Below, piece by piece: positions 43,764-55,013 of a DNA stretch of 64,000 nucleotides. The position numbers were made by a program, and so were the translations under genes. Location of the stretch: IMG/VR virus record IMGVR_UViG_2721755756_000002, one strand, 5' to 3'. The notes beneath the pieces are model-generated. The model saw only the letters and a list, made by a program, of their open reading frames with translations. It had not been told where the DNA came from and did not search any database. Source of the stretch: a virus. Lineage: Duplodnaviria; Heunggongvirae; Uroviricota; Caudoviricetes. The number at the start of each line of letters is the position of its first letter. Position 1 is the stretch's first letter.

Positions 43764-46700
43764 TTATAATTTTTTAGTAAAGCCATTTTTCTTTAAAGTG
43801 TTATTGATGAGTCTATCAAGGTTGTCCTGACTATTCCGCTCATCAAATTTTGTGTTGTGTTCAACTTTGTCTACGTTGACTTGCACGAAAGGTTTGTTAA
43901 ACTGGATACTTTTGTTGTTAGAGACATTGCTATTGACAGATGAAAAACGCTTTGTAATGCGTGGCAGCATATCGTATACAAACTTATCGAAAGCTTTAGT
44001 TTGACTGCTGTTTAATACACGTTCTTTCTTGTGCAATAGGGCAATCCCTTCATCGTCACCTGTGTACCCACCACTTTTAAAGGGAATTACTAGTTTTGAA
44101 CCAATTCGTAATTTCCGAGGGTTAACATTCCCATTTGCCTTCTGAATCTTTGTCCATTTATATGGATTTCCATAATACTTTTGTGCTAAGTCCCATAAGG
44201 TCATTCCTGCTGTAACAGTTACAGTAGCTTTGTTTTTAGGCTTAGATGTAGTTGCAGGTTTTTTGTTAGAAGAACTTGAAGATGAACCCTTGTTTGAAGA
44301 CGAACTAGAGCTTGTTGTGCTTGTGCTTCCTCCTGTTATCTGATTTGTATAAACACCGCCATTTGGAGTGATAGAACCCTTTACGACATCAACAAAATTT
44401 GCAATAGCAAGTTTGACTTGTTCAGCAATGATTTCTCCTGCTGATTTACCCATAAGGGTAGCCCAACCATCCCATTGAGCATCATATTTTGTAAGTAAAT
44501 CTGTAATTTCCTGAATCTTCCCATTACGAATAAGATCATTGGCTTCCTTATACAGGTGTTCATCATCCATCTTTTTCGTGAGGGTTTGAAGGATTTTGTC
44601 ACAGTTCACATTCTCTGTGTCAATCAGATCATCAAAGCTCTTATTCTCTTTCTCAAGTTGTTCCTCAAGAGCATCAATTTTGATTTCTTTTTCAAGCTCT
44701 TTTATCTGATCTAAATATTCCTTCTGTTTAGCTTTACCTAAAGAGCTATCATCCTTTGTCCATTGTTCAAATTTATCTTTAAGTTTCGATAGCTCGTCCT
44801 TCTTGTTTTGAGGTGTGTTGCCTTGAAGACGATCAATCTCATCTTGAATTTGTTTTACTCGCTCGTTATGCTCTTTTTCAAGCAATTTTTTGCGCTCGTT
44901 GTATTGCTCTTCATATTTTTTCTTAAGAGCTTTTGCAATCCTGCTTTGCAGTTCTTCAACATTGGAAATGTAAGATTCTGTTATGGATTCAATTGCTTTT
45001 CGCTCTTCCTCTGCAGCTTTAGCAGCTTCTTTGGCTGCTTTTTCTGCTTCCTTAGCAGCTTTCTCTGCATCTTTGGCTGCTTGTTTTGCAGCTTTATCAG
45101 CAGCGGATGAACCTTTGTTTCCAGAACCACTAGAAGATCCATTATTAGTATTAAAATCTTTCAAATCAAGTTTCTTGAAAGCTTCTAAATTTCCAATAGC
45201 AATATCAATTTTTCCAATTTGAGATTGGATTTTTGATATTTCACCTTCTACCTTTTCGATTTGTTGGTTTTTCCACGTACCAACATCTTTTCCATCTACA
45301 GTGAGCTTCCCACCTTGATATCCGGCTTTATGGTATGTTGAAGAAGTAGCGTGAGTAAATGCAGTTGCCATCCCACCTGCAAGTCCACCTGACACACCTT
45401 CAGGCTTACCAGCCATTGCATTTGCTAAACTGCTTGCAAATGAAGCGATACCGGGCAAAGCGCTTTGAAGTGCTGATATAATATTATTGACACCACCACT
45501 TAAAGAGGTTGATCCAGAAGAAGCAGCGCTTGCAAGTGACTCTGCGTACACACGAGCTGCATCGTTAACGGAATCAGCAATATTCTTACCTGCTTTAAAG
45601 GCATTATTACTTTGAGCATCTGCTGACTTCTTTGACTTCTCAGCCTTTTGCTTCTCTTTTTCTGTAAACGACTTGCCTTCAGCATTATTGTATTTCTCAA
45701 GAAATTCCAATAAATCAGTTTGAGTTCCTATATAGTTTTCTGCACTGTCAAAACGCAACTGATTAAGCAAATCTTCTTTTTTCTGTTCAGCAGTTAATTG
45801 AGACTTTAATTTCTCTTTATCAGCTTTCAACTCCTGTATTTTTGCATCAATTGAAACATTCAGCTTTTCCTGCTCCATCCCAAGAATCGCAGAAATTGCT
45901 GTTTTTTGAGCTTCTACTGATCCATCTGTAAACAAATTGGCTTGAGATAAGAGTTCTGGATATGCTTGAGCAAGACTTAATAGTTCACTTTTGCTTAAAG
46001 CAGTACCTTCAGCTAGCTTAGCTTGTGCATTTATCAAATCTTGTGTAGAAGATACTGCACTATCTAGTTGTGAAACAATACCGGTTAAATCGATATTGTT
46101 GTTTGTTGAAATATTCAATTGAATATCTCTTTGAGCTTGTAATATACTTAATTTTTCATTACATTGTTCAAGCTCTTGCTTTGCTTTTACAACTTCTTCG
46201 CTATTAACACTTATTTTCTGTTTTTCAAAAGAAGTCAATTTGCTTTCAAGGTCAGACTTTATTTTGTTATAGTCGTTTATTGTAGAGTCGATTGTCTCAA
46301 TAACGTTTTGCTTTGCCTCATTTTTTAAACTTTGAATATACTCAATCTGTGATACTGTTGATTCTCCAATTTTATTAGCAAAGCCATCATACTCCTGAGC
46401 CATACGTGTTAAATCTTCTGTTGTTGCAGTTCCTGATGTCAATTTTTCGATATCTGACTGCATGTTATTGATTCCAACTATAGCCTCATTAACACTTTTA
46501 TTGAATTCATCAAGCCCATTATCTGCCAGCATTTGTGCAGCGTTAGCCACACCACCAATAGCATCTTCACCTTGACCAGCTGTTGCAACAAGTTTTTCAG
46601 CAGTAGGGTATATTTTATCCAATGAAGCGAGTAGTTCTTCAGCTTCTTTTTTTCCCTTACCTGTAAATTGGTCGTTATCTAATAGCTCTTTTAAAGCATT

Positions 46701-49700
46701 ATATTGCGAAACAACATCACTTGCTGTTGTAAGCATATCTTCATTTGAACTATTTATGTTATTAGTTAATTCTTCTTGATATCGCAAACTTTGGTTTAGG
46801 TCGTTATTAAGCTTTTGAATTCCTGCATCATCTAAAGTACCAACGTTATCAAGTTTCTTCCTCAATTCACTAGCTTTATTCTTCGCATTATCTAATCTGG
46901 ATGAATAAATCTCAACTTGTTTTTGAGCATCCTTGAAAGCTGATACTGTATCCTCGATGATATCAGATTGGTCTTCTTTCTTTCCAATTCCTAGAAAACC
47001 GTTTGAGCCACCGAAATAATCATCTGTATTTTGCTGCTGTTTTTTTAACTGTAAGGCTTTCTCTTCAAGAGCTATCTTACTTTGTAAATATGATAATTCC
47101 TTTTCTTCAGTGCCAGATAACCCACTACGTGTCTGCTGATCCTTAAGCTCTTGTACACGCTCTCTTGCTTTTGAAACAGATTCGCTTAGATCATTGATAG
47201 AATCATCAAGCTTTTGAGACTCCTCATCAGCTTTGGATGAAGCAAAAGTGAATAGACCAATTGCAGCAGTTATCAAACCCATAGGGGAGAGGAAGGCGCT
47301 GACAACGGCTTTTACACCGCTTATGGCAACACCCAATCCCGTCATAGCTCCTGTTAGAACTTTTGTTGCGACTGTCTCAGCAGTTTTAGCTACTGTGCTT
47401 GCTCCATGAGCTACCGTGTTTGTCTTTGTGAATTTTCCTACCAACGATTTTGCAATAGCAGATGCTTTATCGGCAATAGTCTCTTTTTCAGTCAGAAGAA
47501 TACCTGTTTTCTGCAATGTATTCTCAGCTGTCCTTGTGGCCTTTTGTTTTACAAGAGTTGCAAGCTTGGACTTTTTAGCAGCTGTATTACTGTTTTCTGC
47601 TCGTGTTTCTTGTTGTAAAGCTTGTTCAGTCCGCTTTATTGCCCCTTGCTCACCAGCTAATCCTGCTGTTTCTTGTGCAATGGCAGAAATATTACGCTGA
47701 TATGCACCAGTTAAATTGTCTAGGTTACTTCTATATGTATCTGCATCTATAGAACCATTTACAAATAAATCATTTTGTTTAGCAACAGCAGATTCATAAG
47801 CTGTTAGTTCGGCTAATTGTCTGTTATAACTTTCAGTAAGTTTATCCTGACTACTTGCAGTAGTGAAGATTACTTTTTGCTGATTTAAGTATGAATCTGT
47901 GGCTTGCCGAGTTGCATTCGCAGCTTCAATTTGAGACTTAGTACCACTATTCAATGACTGCCATAGTTTTTCAGTAAGACCTGTTATTTCACCAATCTTA
48001 TTCAATCCTGCGATTGCAGTCTTTAGAGTAACGAAGCCTGTTATGAGAGACATTACAGGTTGAGGTATCTTATTAACAAGATCAAGAACCTTTGATAGAC
48101 CTCCCATGAAAATATTAACACCAGTTAAAATACCGGAGTTTCCTAATGCCATTCCTGCCTGTTGCAGTGAAGCAACAAAAGAAGCATACTGCTTCTTAAG
48201 AGATGTCATCAATACTTCATTCTGCTGTTCAAGGTAATTACCTTTTCCAACAGCTTCGTCTATCTTTTCATAATAATAATCAAGATTCTGTCCTTCACTG
48301 CTTGAAATAGCATCCAGCATTGCGTACGCTGCATCTCTACGACGGGTGGCACCTAGAGCATTAACTAAACTTAATACACCTTGGTCATCACCTTCAGCCT
48401 TTAATCGACTATATGCAACAGCAATAGAATTTAAAGTACCCTTAAAATCTTTTAGACCTTCAGTTCCTTGACGGATTCTAACAGAATTATCATTCCACTT
48501 ATCCGCTAACTCGTCCATTAGATCAAGTGTCTGATCACGTTGCATATAGGTACTAAATGTCTTGATTGCAGCACCGGCCTCTTTACCATTCTTGGCCAGC
48601 TTATCTCCAACAATAGATGTTAATGCGATTGCATCATCAACATCACCTTTCATGTTTTTGATATTAGCACCAATCTGAGCAATAGACTCTGCATATTCAT
48701 CTGCTGTACCCATTGCTGTAACGTCAGCCATATAGGCAAATTTATTTGCGATAAGTTCAGCATTCTTGGCTACATCTTGACCCGTTAAATTGAATTGAAG
48801 TAGGGTAGAGTTTAATAATTTTACAGCATCTTCAGCATTTTCAATTTCTCCAACAGACATGAATTTGGCTGTCGTATCACTGATTTTAGCTAATAACTCA
48901 GGGGACTTTGCATACTGCTCATTTATACGAATCCATGCACCTTGAATTTCTTGAGCATCTGTAATAAGGATACCTGTATTCTTTGCTGTTTCTGCAGCGC
49001 TGTTATTAAGTTGATCTCTCAGTGTTTTACTAAAATCACCCATAAGACGCTGATTGTTTATCGTGTTATAGTTTATATCTATAATAGCGCGACCAAGGTT
49101 TTCAACCTCATTTACCAGTTGTCTTACACCTGTGATTTGTACAGCTGTATTAAATAGTTGGTTGTTTAATCCAGATTTAGTATTAGAGAATGCCTGCTCG
49201 ACAGCCTTACTAGAAGAAACACGCTCTTGTAACGCTTGTTTGTACTGTGCTGTCTCTTTCCTTAAGTTATCAGCTGCATTTTTATATACATCATTTGCCA
49301 TCTGTTTATAAAAAGCTGATTTTTCTTTTGCGGAAGATTTTTGTTTATTATGTTCAGAAATAGTCGTTGAAGTGATTTTCTTTTCGCTCTGTTCTGTGTG
49401 TTTTTGAACTTCTTCTTGAATTTTTTGTTCCTGCTTTTTTATTTGATTCTTTGCAGAAACGATATTTTTCATTTCAGCTACTATTTTGCTTGTATCATTA
49501 CCTGAAGACTTCGCACTTGAATATTGTTTTTGAAGTTTTTCATACTCATCTTCAAGCCTTTTGAGTGCAGTTACTGCAGAAGTAACGTTAGCATCATATT
49601 CATTTTTAATGTTCTTTGCAAATGATGAAACACTCTGATTCGCTGATTGAGTTTGCTTACTAAAAAGACCTTGTTTTTCAAGGACTTTTTGGACGCTCTT

Positions 49701-49847
49701 TTCAATATCAGCCATACTTTCTGCAAGCTTTTTACTTCCGTTGTTGAATTCGGTGATATTTTGTAATATGTTTTCTAGCCCCTGATTTGAGTCAGAGACA
49801 TTCATGCCAACACCTATATGTAACTGACGTTTAACAGAATCGTCCAT
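43764..49847 (-). CDS. Tail tape measure protein with C-terminal LysM
   Basis: 2027 aa; TP901-like core; GMTLWDLAQKYYGN..IPF LysM; FKSGGYTG motif. Confidence 0.92.
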   Translation of the reverse strand: MDDSVKRQLHIGVGMNVSDSNQGLENILQNITEFNNGSKKLAESMADIEKSVQKVLEKQGLFSKQTQSANQSVSSFAKNIKNEYDANVTSAVTALKRLEDEYEKLQKQYSSAKSSGNDTSKIVAEMKNIVSAKNQIKKQEQKIQEEVQKHTEQSEKKITSTTISEHNKQKSSAKEKSAFYKQMANDVYKNAADNLRKETAQYKQALQERVSSSKAVEQAFSNTKSGLNNQLFNTAVQITGVRQLVNEVENLGRAIIDINYNTINNQRLMGDFSKTLRDQLNNSAAETAKNTGILITDAQEIQGAWIRINEQYAKSPELLAKISDTTAKFMSVGEIENAEDAVKLLNSTLLQFNLTGQDVAKNAELIANKFAYMADVTAMGTADEYAESIAQIGANIKNMKGDVDDAIALTSIVGDKLAKNGKEAGAAIKTFSTYMQRDQTLDLMDELADKWNDNSVRIRQGTEGLKDFKGTLNSIAVAYSRLKAEGDDQGVLSLVNALGATRRRDAAYAMLDAISSSEGQNLDYYYEKIDEAVGKGNYLEQQNEVLMTSLKKQYASFVASLQQAGMALGNSGILTGVNIFMGGLSKVLDLVNKIPQPVMSLITGFVTLKTAIAGLNKIGEITGLTEKLWQSLNSGTKSQIEAANATRQATDSYLNQQKVIFTTASSQDKLTESYNRQLAELTAYESAVAKQNDLFVNGSIDADTYRSNLDNLTGAYQRNISAIAQETAGLAGEQGAIKRTEQALQQETRAENSNTAAKKSKLATLVKQKATRTAENTLQKTGILLTEKETIADKASAIAKSLVGKFTKTNTVAHGASTVAKTAETVATKVLTGAMTGLGVAISGVKAVVSAFLSPMGLITAAIGLFTFASSKADEESQKLDDSINDLSESVSKARERVQELKDQQTRSGLSGTEEKELSYLQSKIALEEKALQLKKQQQNTDDYFGGSNGFLGIGKKEDQSDIIEDTVSAFKDAQKQVEIYSSRLDNAKNKASELRKKLDNVGTLDDAGIQKLNNDLNQSLRYQEELTNNINSSNEDMLTTASDVVSQYNALKELLDNDQFTGKGKKEAEELLASLDKIYPTAEKLVATAGQGEDAIGGVANAAQMLADNGLDEFNKSVNEAIVGINNMQSDIEKLTSGTATTEDLTRMAQEYDGFANKIGESTVSQIEYIQSLKNEAKQNVIETIDSTINDYNKIKSDLESKLTSFEKQKISVNSEEVVKAKQELEQCNEKLSILQAQRDIQLNISTNNNIDLTGIVSQLDSAVSSTQDLINAQAKLAEGTALSKSELLSLAQAYPELLSQANLFTDGSVEAQKTAISAILGMEQEKLNVSIDAKIQELKADKEKLKSQLTAEQKKEDLLNQLRFDSAENYIGTQTDLLEFLEKYNNAEGKSFTEKEKQKAEKSKKSADAQSNNAFKAGKNIADSVNDAARVYAESLASAASSGSTSLSGGVNNIISALQSALPGIASFASSLANAMAGKPEGVSGGLAGGMATAFTHATSSTYHKAGYQGGKLTVDGKDVGTWKNQQIEKVEGEISKIQSQIGKIDIAIGNLEAFKKLDLKDFNTNNGSSSGSGNKGSSAADKAAKQAAKDAEKAAKEAEKAAKEAAKAAEEERKAIESITESYISNVEELQSRIAKALKKKYEEQYNERKKLLEKEHNERVKQIQDEIDRLQGNTPQNKKDELSKLKDKFEQWTKDDSSLGKAKQKEYLDQIKELEKEIKIDALEEQLEKENKSFDDLIDTENVNCDKILQTLTKKMDDEHLYKEANDLIRNGKIQEITDLLTKYDAQWDGWATLMGKSAGEIIAEQVKLAIANFVDVVKGSITPNGGVYTNQITGGSTSTTSSSSSSNKGSSSSSSNKKPATTSKPKNKATVTVTAGMTLWDLAQKYYGNPYKWTKIQKANGNVNPRKLRIGSKLVIPFKSGGYTGDDEGIALLHKKERVLNSSQTKAFDKFVYDMLPRITKRFSSVNSNVSNNKSIQFNKPFVQVNVDKVEHNTKFDERNSQDNLDRLINNTLKKNGFTKKL

Positions 49848-49856
49848 TTTTACCTC

Positions 49857-50477
49857 CTAAAACAAGTTCATATCTTGAATGTCTTTTAATGTTGTATATT
49901 TCTTTTTTACTTCCTTCTTCTTTGGTGATAAAGGGAAGTCTTCATCATTGATATATTCTGAAGGCTCTAACGATAAAGCAATTGTATTTGTCTTATACTC
50001 AAACGCTATTTCCTTGTTTATGTACTCTAATAAATTATTGAATTGATATAGAGTTAATTTTTTAATTGTTTCAGGAAGATGAGATGTGTGTACTGTTATT
50101 GCACTGATAGCAGTAGACCAATCTAAGCCTTCTTCATTATTTGAACCGACATTCATACCTGATATACCACTAACCATTTTTATATCAGACATAATGTCAC
50201 CGAAGTTTTCTTCTGTTATGTTTGAAAAAAGAGCTTTTAGTTCTCGCTTGTCATTGACATGAAAGCTTTTTTGAAAGAGCCATGTAATAGCAGCGTAATT
50301 GGTTTCATTAGAGAAATTATTGAATAGATTATTACAATCAATATTTTCTAAATACATATTCAACTCTTTTACATCTTCCAAATAGAATGGATAACAAACT
50401 CTAGGAATTCCATCAGAGAAGCCATATATACTGACTGGCATTCCTAACTCTAATTCCATTTCCTGTCCTTGTATCAT
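49857..50477 (-). CDS. Tail assembly chaperone-like protein
   Basis: Between major tail and TMP; ETIKKLTLYQF motif. Confidence 0.6.
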   Translation of the reverse strand: MIQGQEMELELGMPVSIYGFSDGIPRVCYPFYLEDVKELNMYLENIDCNNLFNNFSNETNYAAITWLFQKSFHVNDKRELKALFSNITEENFGDIMSDIKMVSGISGMNVGSNNEEGLDWSTAISAITVHTSHLPETIKKLTLYQFNNLLEYINKEIAFEYKTNTIALSLEPSEYINDEDFPLSPKKKEVKKKYTTLKDIQDMNLF

Positions 50478-50546
50478 GTAATACCTCCCAAAATAATTGA
50501 AAACAAGCCAACAACTCTATTGAATTGTCGGCATGTTAATTTCATA

Positions 50547-51296
50547 CTACTTCTTCATGTCCAAGAAATAGTCCCAAATATGCTTGTCAGCACGCTTAGG
50601 GTCTAGTGCCTTAGCTTCAAATTTTGGTGCCATTGGTGTTAAATGTTTAGGATCGATACTAAAGCCAGATGTACAGCGGGCTTTATAGATCACGATAACC
50701 AATGTTCCAACAATCTGAGAATCTTCATCATGAATAGAATGTTTGTAGATAAACTCAAACGGCTTCTTCATAGAAGTTTGTTTTACACCATACCCTAACG
50801 TATCAGCACTAGAGTTGTATTCATAAAAGATTACAATATCCTTGCCAATATCGTCAGCACTGAACGTGATAGTTTTTGTAGCAGTATCGACCTTGTATTT
50901 ACCAGCTTCAACGTCAGCTGCATCGCCTGTTACTTCTGTAAAATCGTTGATGATAATACTGTTTTCAAGCGGAGTATCTTCCAAGACTACCTTTGCTGTT
51001 TCGTCGATTGTCAGTTCCATGATACCAGGGAATACTACAGTACCAACTGTCTGATCTGCACCTTCAAGATAATCCATCATTCTTTCTTCGAATGTTGCGT
51101 TAGTTGCAGAAATTTTTACTTCCTTTTCTTTATCAAAAGATGCAATAGGGGTAATCTTATCACCACCAGTAACATCTTCCTGACTTGCACTTGATTCAAT
51201 TGTTAAATCCTGCATATCGCATAATGTGATGAGCTTCTTTTTATCACGGAAATCACGCATGATACCCTGTCCGACACCATAAAAAATTTTCTTCAT
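50547..51296 (-). CDS. Major tail protein
   Basis: 249 aa; position and beta-rich character. Confidence 0.75.
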   Translation of the reverse strand: MKKIFYGVGQGIMRDFRDKKKLITLCDMQDLTIESSASQEDVTGGDKITPIASFDKEKEVKISATNATFEERMMDYLEGADQTVGTVVFPGIMELTIDETAKVVLEDTPLENSIIINDFTEVTGDAADVEAGKYKVDTATKTITFSADDIGKDIVIFYEYNSSADTLGYGVKQTSMKKPFEFIYKHSIHDEDSQIVGTLVIVIYKARCTSGFSIDPKHLTPMAPKFEAKALDPKRADKHIWDYFLDMKK

Positions 51297-51304
51297 TTGT
51301 CCTC

Positions 51305-51784
51305 CTATATTAAAAATCTGTATTCAAAAACCACAGAATATTTTTCCCATCCTGTGTTGGTTAGATTTTTGCTTTGTAAATGCTTTTTATATCTAAAACC
51401 GATTAGCCCGACAGAAAGCTTTGGCAGTCCTTGTTTTCGCCGTTGTTTAGCATCAAGAACTTCAATAAGCCGTCTCATAATCTGCAAGGCTCTTCGGTCT
51501 TTTTCGTTTTTATCTTTTGATATATGTATATCAACTGCTAAATAACTAATCTCTTGATTCATCCCTTGATAACTTCCATCTTCCTCATGAATACATAATC
51601 TTGTGTAATATTCTGTCAGAATACCATCTGGATTGGATGCATCAATTATTGATTTTCGTAATTTCAACATTCGCTCATTTTCATCAGAGACATCCGATAA
51701 ATCAATCTCTAAGAGATCTATTAGCTTTTGGTCATTTGTCAAAGCAATGAAAGCTTGAACAAATACATCTTTAAAATCGACCAT
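51305..51784 (-). CDS. Tail terminator-like protein
   Basis: Directly before the major tail gene. Confidence 0.55.
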   Translation of the reverse strand: MVDFKDVFVQAFIALTNDQKLIDLLEIDLSDVSDENERMLKLRKSIIDASNPDGILTEYYTRLCIHEEDGSYQGMNQEISYLAVDIHISKDKNEKDRRALQIMRRLIEVLDAKQRRKQGLPKLSVGLIGFRYKKHLQSKNLTNTGWEKYSVVFEYRFLI

Positions 51785-52347
51785 TATTTTATTACCACAT
51801 CCTTGATAGTAAAATAATCCTGAATCCTATTTTCCATATCCCTTATTATTACATTAGATTCTGTCCCAAACAATATCCATATTTCTTTAAACAGTCTGTC
51901 AATAAAAGGAGTAGGGGAAACCCCTTGTGCCCACTGAGGAACTTCCAAGTCAGGATTGCCTTTACCTGTAGTTGTATATGAACCATTACCAGAACCATAA
52001 TCAAGCTGCGTATACTCATTTCCATTTCCTCTGTATAGGATTGCATTATTATGTGATTCTCTTTTTTGGTTCCAATATACTGTATTTTTATAGTCTTCTA
52101 AGTAAGGGTTAGACGTATCCAGATATTTACCCTTACCATATTCAAGTATCCATGCTTTAAAATCAGTGGAATGTATGTCATATTCAAATCCACCAAATAC
52201 TTCATTTTTTTCAAAACTGTTGCCATTGAAATATTTTTGTGAGCTAAACGCGATAGTGATTGCATCTTCAAGTGCCTTGTCTAAATTTAACATTAAGTCA
52301 TGTTGGAATAGTTCTTTATTGAATATAAGCTGTTGACATGTACTCAT
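51784..52347 (-). CDS. Neck protein (gp10-like)
   Basis: AWILEYGKG motif. Confidence 0.6.
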   Translation of the reverse strand: MSTCQQLIFNKELFQHDLMLNLDKALEDAITIAFSSQKYFNGNSFEKNEVFGGFEYDIHSTDFKAWILEYGKGKYLDTSNPYLEDYKNTVYWNQKRESHNNAILYRGNGNEYTQLDYGSGNGSYTTTGKGNPDLEVPQWAQGVSPTPFIDRLFKEIWILFGTESNVIIRDMENRIQDYFTIKDVVIK

Positions 52348-52970
52348 ATTCTATAATAAGTCATATAGCAGGTTAGAATGTCTTGATCTAATTCTGCAAT
52401 ATCAATAACTCTATATCTTTCTTTTCCAACACGTAGAATATCGTCTACCTTTATATCCATATTCTTTAATGTAATTAACTCGTTTACTGATTCTCGATCT
52501 ATACCAGAATCAACTTGCCTTTGTCGTGCTGAAATGCGTTGGATGAAGCAGGGGATTTCTTCTTGTGAAATTACTTCTGTCCCTATTGTATCGCCATTAG
52601 GTGCTATCATAGGGCGTGTTCGTTCACAAATGACAGTATTGTTAAACATTAAGGTCGTATAATAATAGTCAACCAAAGTTTTATTAGGAATCGTCATTAC
52701 AATGCCTTTGAGACTATAATCAGCATCGTCAGGAGATTCTTTTACCTCTACAAGGCTTCCACGTTTTATAGGAACGTCATCCATACATGTCATAGTCTTT
52801 GTATACTCTTCTTTGGTATTTGTCATTCGTTCCTTATCGACTAGTTGTCCTCTAGTTTCAACGCCATCTATACGTAAATATGATGCAACATAAGAGGATT
52901 GCATAACTTCTTCATAACTTTCTTTAGCAAGACGGACAACACGATCAATGTTTTTTAAATCAATAGCCAT
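52344..52970 (-). CDS. Head closure-like protein
   Basis: C-terminal DDILRVGKERYRVIDI motif. Confidence 0.6.
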   Translation of the reverse strand: MAIDLKNIDRVVRLAKESYEEVMQSSYVASYLRIDGVETRGQLVDKERMTNTKEEYTKTMTCMDDVPIKRGSLVEVKESPDDADYSLKGIVMTIPNKTLVDYYYTTLMFNNTVICERTRPMIAPNGDTIGTEVISQEEIPCFIQRISARQRQVDSGIDRESVNELITLKNMDIKVDDILRVGKERYRVIDIAELDQDILTCYMTYYRI

Positions 52971-53107
52971 TACTCAATACGCTTTACATCATTTGCGATG
53001 TCTAATACTTTTTTCCTAATAATGCTCCACTGTGATTCATCTTTCATCACCAATTCCAACATGCTTAGCAGTTGAATCGTTTCTTTATAAACAATATTCT
53101 TGTCCAT
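52970..53107 (-). CDS. Small hypothetical protein (45 aa, not in ORF track)
   Basis: MDKNIVYKETIQLL..KRIE; RBS GGAGG; stop overlaps next start. Confidence 0.55.
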   Translation of the reverse strand: MDKNIVYKETIQLLSMLELVMKDESQWSIIRKKVLDIANDVKRIE

Positions 53108-53109
53108 CC

Positions 53110-53580
53110 TTAACCTCCAAATTTTCTTGCAATACCTACAACAGACTTGCCGCCAAGAGCATTAGCCAATTCATCTTTGATGTAACGCTTAAGCATATAT
53201 ATTTTATTGTTGATTTGCTCAGGCTGTTTTTCTAAAGATTTTAATTCAAATGTCAGTGATTTAAAATTGATAGCACCTCTAGTTAATTCTTCATGGAGTC
53301 TCTCTAAATAAGCTTCATAAGAATAAAGGGCTGCTATCCATTTTTGAGACATGGTTAAATCTAAAGAGCAATAGCCGGTTCTTTTGTAAGACTCTTTTCC
53401 TGTCTCAGGATCAGTTTCTTTTACTTCTTCTGTGTATAGGTGCGCATCTTCAATTCCCAGTGTTACACACATTTTATAACATCCAGTGTAGGCATAACTT
53501 TCATCTGTTGTTAAAAGCATCTTATAATCGTCTGGAATGTAAGATGCAATGATTTCTAAAATCTCGTAAAAAGGTGTCAT
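53110..53580 (-). CDS. Head-tail adaptor-like protein
   Basis: Position in neck module. Confidence 0.5.
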   Translation of the reverse strand: MTPFYEILEIIASYIPDDYKMLLTTDESYAYTGCYKMCVTLGIEDAHLYTEEVKETDPETGKESYKRTGYCSLDLTMSQKWIAALYSYEAYLERLHEELTRGAINFKSLTFELKSLEKQPEQINNKIYMLKRYIKDELANALGGKSVVGIARKFGG

Positions 53581-53590
53581 AAAACACCTT

Positions 53591-54010
53591 TTAGATCAAT
53601 ACAACATCGCCGTTTAAAGCTTTGATTCGTTCATCAATAACGTCAAGGAATTTTTTTGTTTTTCCTTCATCCATAGATTTCTGGCGAATGACCTTTAAGA
53701 CATCCAGATTCTCAATTTTGTCTATAGCCGTTTTAAATTTCCCAGCTGTTAAAGCAACTATCTTATTTATATCTTCATCTGAATATACGTTCTTTGCTTT
53801 AACTATTTCAAGTCCATCAGCATCAACTGTGTCAATGTCACCAAATTCAAACATCTTTTTACACGATGTCGTTAAATACTCATACTCTGCATGACTAATC
53901 GTCAAAATCGCCTCTGGCTTAATCAATACTTCTTTGCCCGGTGTAACAGCACCAAAATCAAGGATCAACTGTCCTTTGGAAACGTTTTTAATTCTTGCAA
54001 AATTACTCAT
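53591..54010 (-). CDS. Hypothetical virion protein
   Basis: 139 aa directly after the capsid gene. Confidence 0.55.
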   Translation of the reverse strand: MSNFARIKNVSKGQLILDFGAVTPGKEVLIKPEAILTISHAEYEYLTTSCKKMFEFGDIDTVDADGLEIVKAKNVYSDEDINKIVALTAGKFKTAIDKIENLDVLKVIRQKSMDEGKTKKFLDVIDERIKALNGDVVLI

Positions 54011-54045
54011 AATTACCTTCCTTTCAATTCAAAAGAAGAAGCGAC

Positions 54046-55005
54046 TTACGCTTCTTCTCCTATTACATGTACTACAGCTAAACCTTCTGGTTTTGTTACA
54101 ACATGGCCAATCTGCTTATCATAACGATACTCCCAAGATTTGTCATCAAAGTTGTTTCTATGATCTGTTTCTGCATCACCTAATGTAGCTGCATAACCAA
54201 TTTTCTGTCCAACGACCATAATTTTATCTGTTGGGACAATGGACTCTTGAGTAACAGGGTTTAATATTTCAGGCATATAAACCATCTTACATGCACGATA
54301 AGTTCCTAAAAGACCATAATTCTTAATTTCCTTATAAACCTCTTCAAGACCTTTAAACTCTTCAAATTTTTCAATTTCAGTCATCAAATCGTAATCACCC
54401 ATGATTGTAGGGCGGCCGCCGACTTTCTTACGGACTCTATTGATAGCTCCGTCAAGGGAGGTTTTGTTAACGGTATTTGTTTTGAAATAATTTTCCTTAT
54501 TAGAAGTTGCATTATATACCTGAGCAAGCAATTCCCAAACCATCTCAATACGCTTGATGTCAACTGCTTCCATTGCATCTTTGATTAAGGTAGCAAAAGA
54601 GTCTACACGACCAGTCTTCAAGTCACGTTTTAAACATGTAGGATGTACACCTAAATTGTAAAATGACATTTCTACCTCAGTTTCGTAATTTTGTGACATA
54701 GGCACTAATGAATCTGGTGCAGTTTTATATGCAACGATTCCTTTCTTATGTGTCTTGAACAAAGGGCGCTGACCAAGCTTAAAATGCTTCATATCAAAAA
54801 CCAATTGTGTAATATCATTTTTATTGAAGTTGTCTTCGAGATACTGAGTGATGATTTCTGATATGTCTATCTGTCCATCACTGGTTCGATACATATTACT
54901 AAGCGCCTTTTCTGCTTTTTTAATAAGAGGATCATTTTCACTAATCTCGCCAGTATTTAACTTATTCGCAAGTTCCATAATCCCATTTGTAAATTTACTG
55001 TCCAT
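54046..55005 (-). CDS. Major capsid protein
   Basis: 319 aa after scaffold and decoration genes; size and position consistent. Confidence 0.75.
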   Translation of the reverse strand: MDSKFTNGIMELANKLNTGEISENDPLIKKAEKALSNMYRTSDGQIDISEIITQYLEDNFNKNDITQLVFDMKHFKLGQRPLFKTHKKGIVAYKTAPDSLVPMSQNYETEVEMSFYNLGVHPTCLKRDLKTGRVDSFATLIKDAMEAVDIKRIEMVWELLAQVYNATSNKENYFKTNTVNKTSLDGAINRVRKKVGGRPTIMGDYDLMTEIEKFEEFKGLEEVYKEIKNYGLLGTYRACKMVYMPEILNPVTQESIVPTDKIMVVGQKIGYAATLGDAETDHRNNFDDKSWEYRYDKQIGHVVTKPEGLAVVHVIGEEA

Positions 55006-55013
55006 ATTGCCTC